Source of the DNA: Cystobasidiomycetes sp. EMM_F5
Lineage: Eukaryota
Direction: 5' to 3'
DNA: 64,000 bases
Assembly (NCBI GenBank): GCA_051047955.1
Contig: JBPGPT010000020.1
Coordinates: 186,001-250,000, forward strand
Shown here: positions 24,209 to 37,724 of the stretch, piece after piece
Position numbering within the stretch: the stretch's first letter is position 1
How the letters are laid out: each line of letters begins with the position of its first letter
The notes under the pieces: model-generated
Database searches by the model: none
The model's input: only the letters and a program-made list of their open reading frames with translations
What the model was told of the DNA's origin: nothing
Made by a program: the position numbers and the translations under genes

Positions 24209-25755
24209 CTAAACATTGGCACAGCTATGGCCATCATTCGTCTGCACGATGTTATGCGCAGTCGTCGCATGAGTCGCCTCGTTGCGTGTGGAAGCCTCCT
24301 CCGCACGCTCTTCCCAATGCATTCCGCGTATCTTCGCGTACATAAAGTACATCGCGCTCCCTGCCCCCGCAATGAAACCACTCCACAAAGAACCGAACGT
24401 CTTGAAAAATGTGCACAATACGATACTCTGGCGAGACCCGTATTCAGCTTACTAAGAGAACAACTGCAAGACGGACCAGCTCACCGTCCCCACACCGCCG
24501 AGCCAATAGCAAGATACCGTGATCTTCGCGGCTGAAGCTGCTGCCCCACATCCACGGAGTATACCCGCATTCGCGTCTTGAACCGCATCTATAACGACTG
24601 CCAAAGCGAGGAGTATCGCCTGAATGAGCAGGTCAGCCGCTTTCTTTCAGGTTGTTGCGTACGACCTGGAGATCAATGCCGCTAGCTGGTATCGAGCCAG
24701 GAAGAGAAATATGGCTGCCGGTATTGACCAAAGGAGCGCAAACTTCTGTGAGATGGCTGCTGCCTCCTTGGCAAGGGCGGGCGCTCCGTCTCCCAATCGA
24801 TTACCGACGCACACGGCGGCAGCGGAAGAAATAGCATAGGTCACAGCGTTATTGTACGTTAACGTCAGGGAAAAGACAGCACTCGTAGCCTGCGCAGACG
24901 TTCCTAGGAACGCGGAAGCCAAATGTAGGGCGTCAAACGCATACCACTCTGCACATGTAGACCATATCCCGGCCAGACCAAGAACAATGTTTGGTCGCAA
25001 GTCGCGAAATATTGCTGTTGAAAGCCCTGCCCATGTAGCAGCATAGGCCAAAAGTAGAAGAAACTGTACGCCGTAGCTGATAACGCACGACAAAGGTCCT
25101 CCCATGAAACCGACATGATACGGAGATGAACCATGCACCAAAAAAATGTTCCCGGCGATGGAGATTGCGGTTCCTGCAGCAATGACCATGGTAGGTCCCC
25201 TAATTTTGCCGATGCTCAGCAAATATCGACGTGTACAGTGCAGCCAGCTCCCGCATGTGCTCGTCGCTGGATGGGATCAGCAGTCTGAACAGAACGTCTG
25301 CGTTCCAGCACGTGCCAAAGATAAAAGGCAGGTAAGACATGCACACCACGAAGGTGCGCATGGCGTATAAACTCGTCAGATAGGGATACTCTGACGTGCT
25401 AGCTGCATTGGAGAGGGTATCGAGTGCTGCGACGAGGCCAAGAATGGGCCCGAAAGCCAAGATGTTACTCGTCAATTGTCCAACATTGGCTGCGGCCAGT
25501 TCGGTCGTTCCAAGGCCGCCTAAACTGAACACGCTAGCTCCGACTATGGGGAAGCGCATCAAGTTCATGGCAATCATCGGTAGCACCACCCGTAGCAGCT
25601 TCTTCGTTTGCGAACCGGCTGGGGTATTATAGTTGATTTGGGCCTCGTTTCCCAGCAACTGGACATGGCCTGGACGACGTAGATGATGTTGGCGCAGCAC
25701 GAGCAGCCTCGAGCTCCTCGGGAGACGATAGGTCCATTTTCATGTTGTCAAACAT
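24209..25755 (-). pseudogene. MATE efflux transporter paralogue, apparently disrupted
   Basis: GLGTTELAAANVG...ALDTL, CAEWYAF, VGNRLG, GILRGCG are present. The frame breaks near 25230, where ELAALYT joins RRYLLSIG out of frame with about one TM helix missing versus the neighbouring paralogue. The upstream ATG is out of frame and there is a splice-phase mismatch near 24620-24665. Confidence 0.7.
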
Positions 25756-26045
25756 GTTTGTTGGGGCTAAATAAGCGAGCTGCGACATTGCGTTTGTAGA
25801 GCTGGTTTATTATTTGCCGACTCCAAAGCTAACAAGACGAGAAGCAGGATGCTTGGCTAATGGATGGACAGTCTGCATCCCGTCTTCTCAAGTCGAGTCA
25901 AAACAATCCCTTCCGTCGCGCGCAGACGTCCGACATACTCTGACATCCAAACGCCACGAGTCATTCTAAGCCTGCATCCAGCTCAGCTGGCTTGATTCAT
26001 TCCACTTGTTCTCAAGCTTCCTAGAGTATCTATCCATCCTCTCAC

Positions 26046-27770
26046 ATGGACGAACGTACAGAATTGCTGCCTAAATCTGCAGAGGATACCACGACTACAA
26101 CTCGTCATGAAGCAAAAGTCATTCTGGGATATGCCGTCCCTATCGCCATCACTACCACTCTGAGATACTTGGTATCAGGAGCTGCCGTCTTGGCTGCAGG
26201 CCGTCTCGGAACTCGTGAACTGGCTGCTGCCAACCTAGCCAACCTTACGTGCAATGTAACCGGGCTGGCCATAGTTGTCGGGATTGGTAGGCAGAAGTGC
26301 ATCAAAGAATCCCGAAGCGCCCTGAATTCTTCCGTCAATTTGCACAGCTGGAGCTCTGGACACCCTCTGCAATCAAGCCTCGACATCTCGGTCTCCCAAG
26401 CTGTCATCTCTGTATGCAATGCGATGCTTCATCGTGATGTGCATGGTCATGCCGATTCTGCTGCTGCTCAATTGGAATGGTAAACTCATCTTTCGGATAA
26501 TTGTCCCGAAAGCAGATCCGGAAATTGTTCGAATTGCAGTAACGTATATGAAAATGCTATCGCTAGGCACGCCTCCCATTGGAGCATACGAATGCATCAG
26601 GCGGTATCTGGCGAGCAACGGTATTCTAAAAGGTCCGGCTATTTCCTACGCGATAGGGGCCCCTTTAGCAATCTTCTTCAACTGGTTGTTTGTGCATGGA
26701 CCGTAAGCCCTTGAGAAGAAGGTGTCAGCACTAGGCTGACATTATGAGTAGCGATCGAACCAGGATTGGCATCTATGGCGCTGCCCTGTCGTCAGTGCTA
26801 GTTTACTGGGTACTATTGCTATTCATTCTACTCTACGCAATTGTAAAGACCCCACGACACACCTGGTATGGTCTATCGACCGACATCTTCCGCGATCTGG
26901 GTATCGTTATTCGCCTAGGAGGCGCTTCGATCATCTCAACCTGCAGTGAATGGTACGCATTCGAAGCCATCTCATTGATCTCGACATATTATGGTTCGAC
27001 GTCCCAAGCGTCAGTGGCGATCATGCTGTCCGTGAATGGCCTCATGTGGAGCGTCCCTACTGCTCTTGGCAGCGCGAGCGCAATCCGCGTTGGCAATTTG
27101 CTGGGAAGTGCACTCCCGCGCAAGGCTAGCGTTGCTGCCACTGCTGCACAAATCAGCGTTGTGTGCATCATGGCGATCGAATGCATCCTCCTTTTCATTC
27201 TCAGACGCGTAATTGGCAATCTTTTCAGCAACGATGAAGCAGTGATCAACAAAGTTGATGCGACGGTATGTAGACGAACTTATGGCAATCTCGTGTGCTG
27301 AAGTCTATTCTTTTTTGGGCGTGCAGATGTGGGTAGTTTGCCTCGTGTGCTTCTTTGATGGCGTCCAAGGCACTCTAACTGGCGTACTCCGAGGATGCGG
27401 CTTGCCAGAAGCCGCCGCGCAGGCCAATCTTTTTGCTTATTGGTGAGTATTCCGACAACCCGAAACAAAAGCAATCGAATGAAACTTGAACATCAGGGCG
27501 TTAGGCCTTCCCATCGGGTTGTTCATCACTATACAGTCAGAAGACATAACCGGCCTCTTCTTCGGACTTTTCCTAGCGGTATTCTGTACAAGCTCGGTGA
27601 TGGCATTCAAATTGCACAGGTGCGCCGTCCGGCTCTTTGCATCTCTAAGTCATGCTAATTCGCCTATCAGGAACGATTGGCGCGCGAGGTCGCAGGAAGC
27701 ATCAAGTAGAATCGCAGACTCAGACGCAAATGCAAACGCAGTTCATGAGAATGTCGGAGAAGTGGCATGA
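26046..27770 (+). CDS. MATE efflux transporter (appears intact)
   Basis: MDERTELLP...GRLGTRELAAANLA...GI|AGALDTLCNQA...CSEWYAFE...IRVGNLLG...FDGVQGTLTGVLRGCG...DWRARSQEA; introns keep the frame. Confidence 0.9.
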
Positions 27771-27873
27771 AAGCAAAAGTTTGGCGATTGGGCAAGCGTC
27801 AGTGGCAGTGCGCTTTTATGTAGAACATGACTAGTCCGCGGTGCGTTCGGTTTCAGAACATACCTAAAATGCT

Positions 27874-29370
27874 TTGGACGAATTGAACCGTGCATTGGAC
27901 TTTGACGTCATTGCGGTCTTGGCTTCGGAATACATGAAAATTATCTCGCTCTGTATACCAATGATTGGCGGTCACGAAGTTGTGAAACGCTACCTGGCCA
28001 GCAGCGGCCTTCTTGCGGGACCAATCATCGCTTACACTGTCGCCGCGCCGGTCTCCATCGTCCTGAACTGGCTCCTAGTTCACGGCCCGTACGTCTTGAC
28101 TGTCTTGGGCAGCACCATGTGACGTATGCTAATATATCACAGAGATCGTTATCGCATCGGGTTTCTGGGAGGGGCTGTCTCGATTGTGGTGACGTACACG
28201 CTGCTTTTCATCTTCTTGTCTCTTTATGCGTACTTCAAGGCGCCGCGAGATACTTGGGCAGGCATGTCGCTCGACATCTTCCGCGACCTAGGCATTGTCG
28301 CCAGGTACGGCAGCGCGTCCATTGCTGGCGTCTGCTCGGAATGGTACGCCTTCGAGATCTGCAGTCTAGCAAGCGCGTACCTCGGTCCCACTTCTCAAGC
28401 CTCTATAGCGATAATGATGACGGTCATGGGATGCATGTGGACCTTCCCTTCGAGTCTCGGCACAGCTACCGCCATCCGCGTCGGTAATCTTCTGGGAGAA
28501 GGCCGGCCTAAAACTGCCAAAACAAGTGCTCGAGCTGCGCAATACGGTGTCGGGCTCCTCATGCTCGTTCAGTGCAGCTTACTGTTCTTGTTGCGAACTG
28601 CCATCGGTCGTTTGTATTCTCACGATGAGTCTGTGATAACAATAGTCAACGCAACCGTAAGTTGACTTTGTTGCGCACCAGTCACCAACAACATCATTCT
28701 AATAATGCTCTTCCTCAGATGTGGATTGTTTGTCTGGTGGCCTACTTTGACGGCATACAAGGGTCGCTCGCGGGGGTGCTTCGAGGTACGAGGAAATGTT
28801 GCCGCAACATCAGCACCTTGATTTGATTCGCAAACTTGTTACAGGCTGCGGTCTGCCCGAGTCAGCGGCAAAGTTCAACCTGTTTGGCTATTGGTGAGCG
28901 GAAGTTCCTGGCAGGCAAAGCCCAGTTGTGTATTGGATGCTGACAATCGACCTTCAGGCTCTTTGGATTGCCGATAGGCGGATTCCTTACGTATCAGACT
29001 AGGAGTGTGGGAAGTCTTATGAGCGGTCTATTATTGGCTGTCGTTTGCGTTAGCGGTTTGATGGCAGTCAAGATATATCGGTAAGCGGGCTCTTCGTCAA
29101 CGGTCCAGTGGGGTCAGTAGGCTGATTCGTGCGATTAGCAACGACTGGTGCGCCCGTGCCGAAGAGGCTAGAATGAGACTGTCATTGTCGTGTGCTGGAG
29201 CTGACAGCGATGGCGAGGGGACAGTAAGAAAGTACGAAGGACAGTATTGTTACGCACACGGAAGATTGTCCGCATCAGTACTACTCAGATCTGTATCGCC
29301 CTTGTATGTTTGCGAGATCCAACTTGATCACTGCGGGCAGTTCCTCGGAGTCGGGGATCCCACCTCGTGA
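27874..29370 (+). pseudogene. 5'-truncated tandem copy of the MATE transporter
   Basis: Starts about 100 bp after the previous stop, at the equivalent of TM4 (LASEYMKIISL...KRYLASSG). In-frame TAA at 27865 and no N-terminal helices. The remainder (CSEWYAFE, IRVGNLLG, GVLRGCG) parallels 26046-27770 with mostly shared intron positions. Confidence 0.65.
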
Positions 29371-29661
29371 ACGGTACTCCGACAGGAGTATATGGAAGTA
29401 ACCTTGCCCAAATACATGCATGCACTAGCAGGATGCTTCCAATTCGATCCATGCTATATCGCACGACAGGCAGGAGGGGCTATACAAAGTTTGCCGAATG
29501 CGGCAATGCCTGCGACTCGAGCTCCCTGTCGATATCAACGCAACCGAAAGTGTCAATATCAGGAATGTCAAGGCTGGCATGAAAAGTGGTTACTCTGAGT
29601 GCAGGTTGAGCGGAGACTGACCACTATTCCCAACACCTGACAACGCCCGCCAAAAAAAACC

Positions 29662-31172
29662 ATGCATTCGTCCACTTTCTTCATCCTGACGGTTTCGCTG
29701 ACAAGCATAGCATCGGCGGCTCCCACTCTCAACGCTCGTAACAATGCTCAATCGCCTGCATCAGCGTTGTCTTTTGCTTTAAGGAGCAAAGCCTACGGTA
29801 CTCAACGCTTCAATCGACGAGCATTGCCGGCCAACGCCAACGACAACCCATTCTACTGGCTAGATGTACAAGACGCTATGCCGAACAATACATTGACCCC
29901 GAAAAGTTCATATAATCGCACTGTAGGCCTCGGCGTTGCTCCCGCAAGTCAGTAAAATGCGTATATTTGTGATGCGCGTCTAATCTCGCTTATGTATACA
30001 GCTTACTTTGTGGAAATGAGCATTGGAACACCTCCTCAGCAATATGCCACGCAAATCGACACAGGTTCAATGTACCTGTGGGCATTCGGGGATACTTGCA
30101 ACAACTGCAAGAGCAACACGGACCCGGACAAGCAAGCTCGTGTGGGATATAGCTCGTCATCGACGTTCAAGCTGTTAAGCAACGAAACACACGCTATGGC
30201 GTACGGTTCCGGCAAAGCAAAGGGTGTGTCTACTGGATACTCCAGATTGATTCTTTCCTGACGTGAATTATTGTCGAAGCGTACCTGGCATCAGACGTGG
30301 TGACGTTGGGTAATATGACTTTGGGAGCAGTGGATCTCCAAGCGGTGACGCAGCAGGAGTCCTTCGATGGGTGAGCCTCAACTAGCCTTTCCCCTCGCTT
30401 TACTTACATCCGGCCTTGCGTCAAATGGAATACAGTACAGAGTTCATCAGCCTCATGGGCATTTCCAACTACAAGAATGTCTCCGATCCACTATATTCCA
30501 CTACGGGAGCCGCCATGCTGGATAGGTTAAAATCACAGGGCACAATTCCGACACGCAGCGTGGGCATCGCACTAGGACGACCTGCCGACGGTACTCAAGG
30601 ATCGCTGACTTTCGGCGGAGTTGACCGTAATGCGCTCAAAGGTGACTTGATCCCCGCGTCTAACGTCTCGATAGACCATTTGTATCGCGTAAATATCACC
30701 GGTGTCAAAGTCGGCGAGTCAGCTATCGCTGTGAACGATTCGTTACATAATGCTGTTCTGGACACAGGTTCAAGTATTTTAACGGCCTCTGTTGGTGTGA
30801 ACATCGGGACTGATACGATATTCTGCCCCTGCAGCTGTTCTCTATCTGCCAACGGATGTTATCGATGCGATTGGTTCCCAGATCACGGGCTTTCACTTCG
30901 ATCCTAAGAAAGGGTATCTGTTGCCATGCAATACTTCTTCTGTCGTCCAGTTTACAATTGGGGGCACCGACTGGCCAATATCGACGAAAGATTTCATCTG
31001 GAGGCGCGCTGATCCTACGGGGCCAAATCCGAATGACATGTGTGTCTCGGCCATGTTTCCACAAGTTCAGGGATACACCCTCATCGGAGACACATTCCTA
31101 AAAAATGTGTACATGTATGTTGATTTGGATGCAGACACCATTGCATTAGGCAGATCCAGCTTAACAGCATAG
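29662..31172 (+). CDS. Secreted pepsin-like aspartic protease (A1)
   Basis: Signal peptide MHSSTFFILTVSLTSIASA; dibasic FNRR; YFVEMSIGTPPQ...IDTGS; YGSG flap; GSLTFGG; second catalytic VLDTGS|TVLYLP; LIGDTFLKNVY. Confidence 0.93.
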
Positions 31173-31376
31173 GCAAGTTCAGGCCAAGCTCGTTGGTGCA
31201 CAGCGGGCACAGGACCCGTATGCCACTGCATTGTAGGACTACTAGTAGAGATTTCGCATTCATCGTAGCGTATCGACGAGGATTGGGCACCCATCGAGGC
31301 TCGCTGCATTCAGTGAACCTCTAGTGATATGAAGATACACGCGCTTGTTTAATCTTTTCAAAGCCAGCACACCGGA

Positions 31377-33629
31377 TTACTCGAAAAACTCCGTAACCGT
31401 CTTTGCGAAAATGCTAACGCCTTCTCTTAGCTTGTCATGTGAGTCGTAGCTGAAGGCGAGTCGGAAGTGGCCGATACCGCTTTCCTGATCTGCGATAACA
31501 CCTGCGCTGGCAAGCATAGCTTCGTCCTCCTGTTGTCTAGCAACACTCAGTGTGGCCATAGCTTCGTCTGGTGCGCCAGCTCGTAGTCCATCGCCTGCAA
31601 ACATCCAGCCTGGCGCGATGAGGAGCTTATGATTGGCGAGTGCGACCCATAGATTGTTCATCAGGTCGCGCGTCATTTCCCTGCGCTTGGCAGCAGGAGC
31701 GTGTGCATCGAATGTCTTGTGATGACGTGCGTAAACGGTTACCTAAAGAATGCGCTGCTCAGTACTACTTTCCCTGTCATACTCGCAACTAATCTGAGAA
31801 GAACGCTTACCCAGACAAACATTCCTCCATCGGGCGGAACGAAGCTGATCAGAGGCTGTCGTCCCTCGCTAAGACCGAAAGAAGCAAGTTTCTCGTTGAG
31901 ATCCACCGTGTTGAGTGGCGTTCTCTTCGAAGAATCGTATTTCGCATAGCCCACATATCTCTTGACGCCTCTTTCGGAAGTGATAGCACCCTTTTCGCTC
32001 TGGAGCTCCACCTTGAATCCTTGTTCCAATGCATGAATAGCTACATCTGAATGTATGTTCAAGACTCAGCAACAAGCCTCTGCGAATAAGCGCACTCCAG
32101 CGTACCTCGTCTATCATGATACTGAGCTCTCAGACCACGCAGCCACCTGATCCATCCTTCCATTCCCCAAGTTTCGAGAATCTTGCCCACCACAACCTGT
32201 GCGAATCCTGAAGGTTGCTGAGTGGAAGTTTCCGAAGCTCGAAGGAGTCGCTCTGAGAATCGAGCATTCGACGTAATCCAACCTAGACGCGAGCCTGGTG
32301 CGACCGTCCTGCACAACGGGAGTTTGTCAGCCTACTTCGACATACAGAGGAGGAGAGGCACTGACTTGGAAAAGGTGTCCAGGCGAATGACGCGGCCTTC
32401 ATAGTCGAAGGTTAGGTAAGAGGGTGAGAGTGAGTTGATAAAGTCGCGATTGGCGCTGCGTAGACTGTCTCCATTCTTGGATTCAACTGCTGCATTTGCA
32501 TCGGTGAATTGCAAAATGTAGTACGGCTAAAAGTGACATATCGCGTCAGCTCATATGAAGGGTAGGGGAATAACCATCTTGCTCACATCGTCTTCGCACA
32601 GAATGACATCGTGCTTGACACAAACTTCGTAGATTTGTTGCTTTCGTACCTTGCCTGCCGTACCGCCTGTAGGGTTCTGACCTACTGGTACAGTGTACAA
32701 CAGGCGTGGCTTTCTCGCTCCATCGTGCTTGGCCTCATCCCATTCCGACAAGATCTTGTCCATCTCCTCTGGAATCAAGCCTTCGTGATCAATCGGGAGA
32801 GGTACGGGTCGAATGCCCATCGGCCATCCAGACTCGATGGCTGACGGATAAGAGTATGCTTCTACGAGAATACGGTCATTATGCTCGCACAGCGTTTCTA
32901 TGACTTTGTGCCAGCCGTCTGTCGCTCCGTCATCGACCAAGACTGCCCAGTCATCGTACAACGGGGGCGATAGAATGGTCGTCCATTCATGCAGGAAGTT
33001 CTTGAGGAACAGTAGTCCATCTGCTCCGCCTGAAGAACAATGAAAAGGATTAGTACATTCGTCTGTCTACAGTATTCGGCATCGCCCTACCGTACTGTAA
33101 GGCCGTCGCTAGCTGTAGGGAAGCTGGAGTAGGCTGTTTGGCATACTTTGGAACGGTAACTTGCTTATTTGATGGCTTGCTGAACCAAGAGAACCATCCC
33201 GACTTTGCCGATGTACTCGCTTGGTGGCGGCTCTCTTCATCGGTTGCGAAAGTGTCTGTACTGAGCACGTTGAGGGTGAGGCTGTCTAGAGGGAAGTAGG
33301 AGGGATCAGGGAGCTGTAAACGTGAGCGAGGGAGCAACATCAGCAATGTCTAGATAGCATATTGTTAGGTTTGTCAGCGTACACCACCGGCACTGTGAGA
33401 CACGAAATCGTTAGTAAGGAACCCAGTCTTGCCTTTCCGGCACTGCTCACAGTGAAATGATTCCAGGCAATCCCATGTACTTGCTGAATGTTTTCAGCGG
33501 GCTCAGCCTTCGAGCTTTGGCGAGTTCGGACAGATGATGCGAAAGATCAATAGCCATCCTGCCCGTCTCTGAGCGAGTTCCAGTGCTGCCATCCTGGGCT
33601 ACTGCTGTCAGCTGCTGTGCTCCGTCCAT
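31377..33629 (-). CDS. ARO8: PLP-dependent aromatic/aminoadipate aminotransferase (ARO8-like)
   Basis: IDLSHHLS...SL|AGG|LPDPSYFP...ALQYG...LLYTVPVGQNPTG...ILCEDD|PYY...RVIRLDTFSK|TVAPGSRLGW (PLP-Lys)...GGMFVW...HFRLAFS. The start could be the downstream Met at 33557. Confidence 0.88.
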
Positions 33630-33723
33630 AATTGTTAAGGATCGTCAGGATGGTGAACGGGTACTCATTGTCGCCACTATCAGAACTTCGGCAATGAAAT
33701 TGTCTCTGACATGATCCAGCTGG

Positions 33724-34923
33724 ATGGTCCAGCTGGCGTTTGCAGTCAGGAAACTGCTCGTACACCTTGATCCGAAGGGCTCTTCGACGCGTCTGCCCCA
33801 TCTTCCTTCTGATGGTCCCGTAACAGCTGCCCGCTCCACTCTGCGAGCTCGCTGCATTTTCCTGGTGAATATTACCATCCGACTGCTTATTGTATCCCTC
33901 CCCATCCTACTCGTCTGCTGGACATTCTCGAGCCGAAGGATTATCGAAATTGAAATCAGCAAGACATCCTGTCGGAATCTCTCGCCCTTCCTGCTGGCAA
34001 GACAGGGTAGACAGGGATACTACGCTTCGCAAGACTTCAAGATTGATCCTGTCAAAGGCATTTCAGACTCTCGAGCCGCCGTTACAATTCTCCAAGTTTG
34101 CGCCATTCCTCATCGCGATTCGCCATATTTGCGACAACTCATCGACAACCATCAAGCATATGCAATCAAATCGGGACTCGGCTACGATCTTGTGACGGGC
34201 GGGAAAGCCGATACATGGCAGAAGATTCGTGCTTTACGCGAAAAGATTGCACATCAGTTATCACTAGACGTCGAAGAACGGCTACAATGGATATTGTAAG
34301 GCTGTCGTAGCTGTTCTAAACATCCATCCTATCTGACTACCTGTCCAGCTTCACCGATATGGACACGTGGATTGTAGATACGGCTTTCCCAATTTACGAC
34401 TTCCTGCCTCCGTCGGATGAACCAGCTTTCATCGTCATTTCAAGGTAAGCTAGCGTTTCGTCGTTGAATGCAACGCAAAAATTGAACAGCAACTGTCAGC
34501 GATCACAATGGCTTGAATACCGGTGTCATGTTCTTGCGCATCGATCCGCGGACCATAACTTTCCTTGACAAAATCATGAACGCGTCCAGCAAGAATCTGC
34601 ACTTCGCAGAACAATCCGCCATGGCCAACATCGTACAACAAGACCGGATGGAAGAGCGTGGTGAAGTAATCATGGTCCCTCAAGGATGGTTTAATTCGTA
34701 TTGGGGCATCGAAGTCTATCGGCAAGGCATCAATGCCTTTCAGGTGCATTGGCCTTCGAGATCGTACAAACGGACAGGCATGTTTCCGCTGCTAGATCAG
34801 GTCCGCAGTGGACAGCTACGGCTGAGTGAAGAGGATCTTATCTCCAGGAGGGATGGCATGCGGAGGGAGGTCAACGATTTTTATCGAGCGCGAGCGGAGC
34901 GACGAGTGATCTCTCATGATTGA
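33724..34923 (+). CDS. Glycosyltransferase family 34 (MNN10/GMA12-like), type II membrane
   Basis: TM near the N-terminus; HQAYA...WQKIRAL...WIL|FTDMDT (DxD)...DHNGLNTGVMFLR...EQSAM...PQGWFNSY...VHWP. Confidence 0.85.
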
Positions 34924-35080
34924 TAGAACCCTTATACTCTGCTCGATCAAGCGCTATAGCTACAGTCGATATACAGAAGGCGATAGTCCTAGCTACAAGT
35001 AATAATGGCCATACTACTAACGTCAAGCATAGTGCATGGTATAGCTTGCACAGTGCGGCTCAACCCACGGGAAGGACGCA

Positions 35081-37076
35081 TCAATCGATGCCTATAGACG
35101 TCGCTCGGCTGTGATTGACGCTACTCATGAGCAAGCTAATGTCCAGCGATGTTTCTGCGGGCTCATTATCGGAGCATGTATTGTACATCTCGCTGTCGAC
35201 CGAACAGCTGATATCCGGCGGCGTTGCAGCAGGAGGCGGGACGTGAAATTGGTTGATGACTTTGGCTCCTATCCCAACTTGATCCATCGTAATTGTCCTG
35301 TCCAAGGCTTCTCGAGCTTTGCGGTTGAGGCTATCAAGCGTGCGCACGATATCTGCAAAGCACTCATCGCGGGAAAGAAGCTCCTCCCACGTCAGGTCGT
35401 CCTCGTCGACATCACTGTCACTCGTGACTGTACTGCTCCATTTACCAGCCCACGAACTCGCATCGGAATGAGGGGATAGCAACCCGCTTGAAGTAGACGA
35501 TGAAGTAGTAGCTAGCGATCGATTTCGTACAGCTTGTCGCAAGTCCCGCATCTCTTGCGCTTGTTTCGCTTTGCCCATTTCTAGCGCTGCATTGATGGCA
35601 AGCAGAGAGGCGTTTGTGATTTCAAGATCCAATATCTGCAGTCAACAATACGTGATAGAGTCAGTTGACTGTCTGCAATTATCTTTGGTGAAGACAACCA
35701 ACCTTTCTGTTCACTTTGGCATCAGCTTGTATCTTGACGTAAGCAGCTACCTCTGGCAGTACTGCCTTGATCGGCGAGCTTGACGTTGCTGGTATAACGA
35801 CGGATTGCGGTGTCGATGGACTAGGTGGTACTGCAGCTGTAGGCTCCATAGTCTTGCGCTTTCCGCCAATGGAGACTGATGAGATGCTGCTGGCTAGACT
35901 ATTGCTACGATGATGTGACAGCGCCGTCGGTCGAGAAGAGATAGTCTTGGACGGATCGAAAGTGAGTCTTGTGGAAGCGTTGGGCGGTGTCTGTGTTTGT
36001 GCGGAAGGATTGTGAGACGTCGAATTGCAAGATAAAGCGAGTGGAGGGTTGGGAGGTACACACGCTTTGATCGCTATTGGAGATGATGGTGTTGCTGTAA
36101 GTATAGGCGATCGTACGTGTGGAGGCCGCGACGGAGATTGTGGACGAGTCTCGCGTGAAGATACATTCAAAGCCACATTATTTGTGTTTGGGGTTGCAGG
36201 CCTCACGGGCGACAGCGGCCGTCTTATGGGCGAGGAAGGGCGTGAGGATGATATTGGTAGGCGAGTAGGAGATGCAGGTCGTCTCGCCGCGACAGCTGAT
36301 GTCGTCGGTGCTGCAGAAGCAAAGATGGAGCGGGATAGGTTACTTGGTGAGATGCTTGCAGACGGCAGCAAAGCACCGGCGGCAGGTGGACGGGTGGCAG
36401 ACTTGACTGGATCAGTGCGGATACTCCTCACTAAGGTAGGCCGCGAAGGTTGACGTTGGTCTCCATCCCCGCCTGAATCAGACAAGGGAAAGGCGTGCAG
36501 TCGCGGCGAGCCAGTCGTCGGTCCAGCGGACGCATGGGGTGCTCGGACACGAACAGTCGGCGATTCGGTAGACGGCGACTCTGCAGAAGCACCTCGAGTA
36601 CGTGCTCCAACGCCAGCCGAGGCAGACCATGGCGAGTGACTTGTGACTGGCGGTGTGCGACACCCAACCACGGGCGAGCCAGCCGGAGGATTATGATGGG
36701 GACTGGCTATAAACACCTTGGACGGGAGACTGACATTACTGCTGCCGTTGATGCCCAACACGCGGGCTCTGACTGCTCCAATGGGTGTTGTTGTTATTGG
36801 CAATCGAGCGACTGGCGATGTTGACGATGCAGCTGCAGCTCCAGGCTGGCCGTACCCTCTGGCTGTTGGCGTAGCAGCTCCCGCAGTCGGTGTGCTGAGG
36901 CTGCTGCTGCCATGGCTGCCATTGATGCTGGCGCTGGTGCTGGCTACCGGGCTGGCATTGTTATTGACGAGTCTGGCTCTTGAAACGGCTGGACTGAACC
37001 TTGACGCTGATACTGACGACGGCGTCGCTGCCTCAGACGGTGCCGTACGAGTCAGTACACGCCGCTTCTCGCTCAT
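35081..37076 (-). CDS. Ser/Pro/Thr-rich hypothetical protein with C-terminal coiled coil
   Basis: 465-codon low-complexity ORF spliced to ILDLEITNASLLAINAALE...KQAQEMRDLR, a coiled-coil motif I recall from fungal uncharacterised proteins. Confidence 0.75.
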
Positions 37077-37457
37077 GGTTCATGGTCTGGTGCAAGTGGA
37101 GACTCAGTCTGGTGCTAACCAATATGTGAGTTTACTATTCTCCAGGTTGACTCCCAAGCCATTCTCCCCAGATTCCAGCTTGCTACCCTGTTCGCAGAAG
37201 CACTGCACAGATCCCTGAGATGCTCTGCTTGGATTAGTGCCCCGGGCAGCAGGCGATGACAAGTGTCTGCGCACACACAGCCTAATCCTGCGAAAAAATA
37301 GTGTGGGGCACTCACCTGTTTCGTCCAGCGTATTAAATTGAAGAGGATTCTGTTCTCTCAGCTGCTCAGCACCTCCTACCGCGCAGACCTCGTGCTGAAA
37401 CTATCTCGGGTATCCCAATTTCTTCTGTTACTGCGCTCCATTCGACGGTCTTCCAAG

Positions 37458-37724
37458 ATGCCACTCGCGACAATGGCCGCTCTAATCACCGCGGGTGTCG
37501 CGACTCCGTTTGCAGCAGCTGCGGTCCCTGCAACCATCACGAGGTACATGGATAGAGAACCCAGCCAGCCCTCCTCCGGCTACAATCTTTCTCAGTATGG
37601 TCCAAAATCTGCATGGACTGCTACGGCCAACGCATGGAAGAATAGAGAACCTTATCGACCGGGATCTACCATTACACGCATCAGCATGGCCGGCGCAAGA
37701 AATAGTCCTACGAGGCGCGTCTAG
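37458..37724 (+). CDS. Small protein family member A (88 aa)
   Basis: MPLATMAALITAGVATPFAAAAV...WKNREPYRPGSTITRISMAGARNSPTRRV; TATTAAA at 37331; paralogous to B, C and D. Confidence 0.8.
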   Translation: MPLATMAALITAGVATPFAAAAVPATITRYMDREPSQPSSGYNLSQYGPKSAWTATANAWKNREPYRPGSTITRISMAGARNSPTRRV

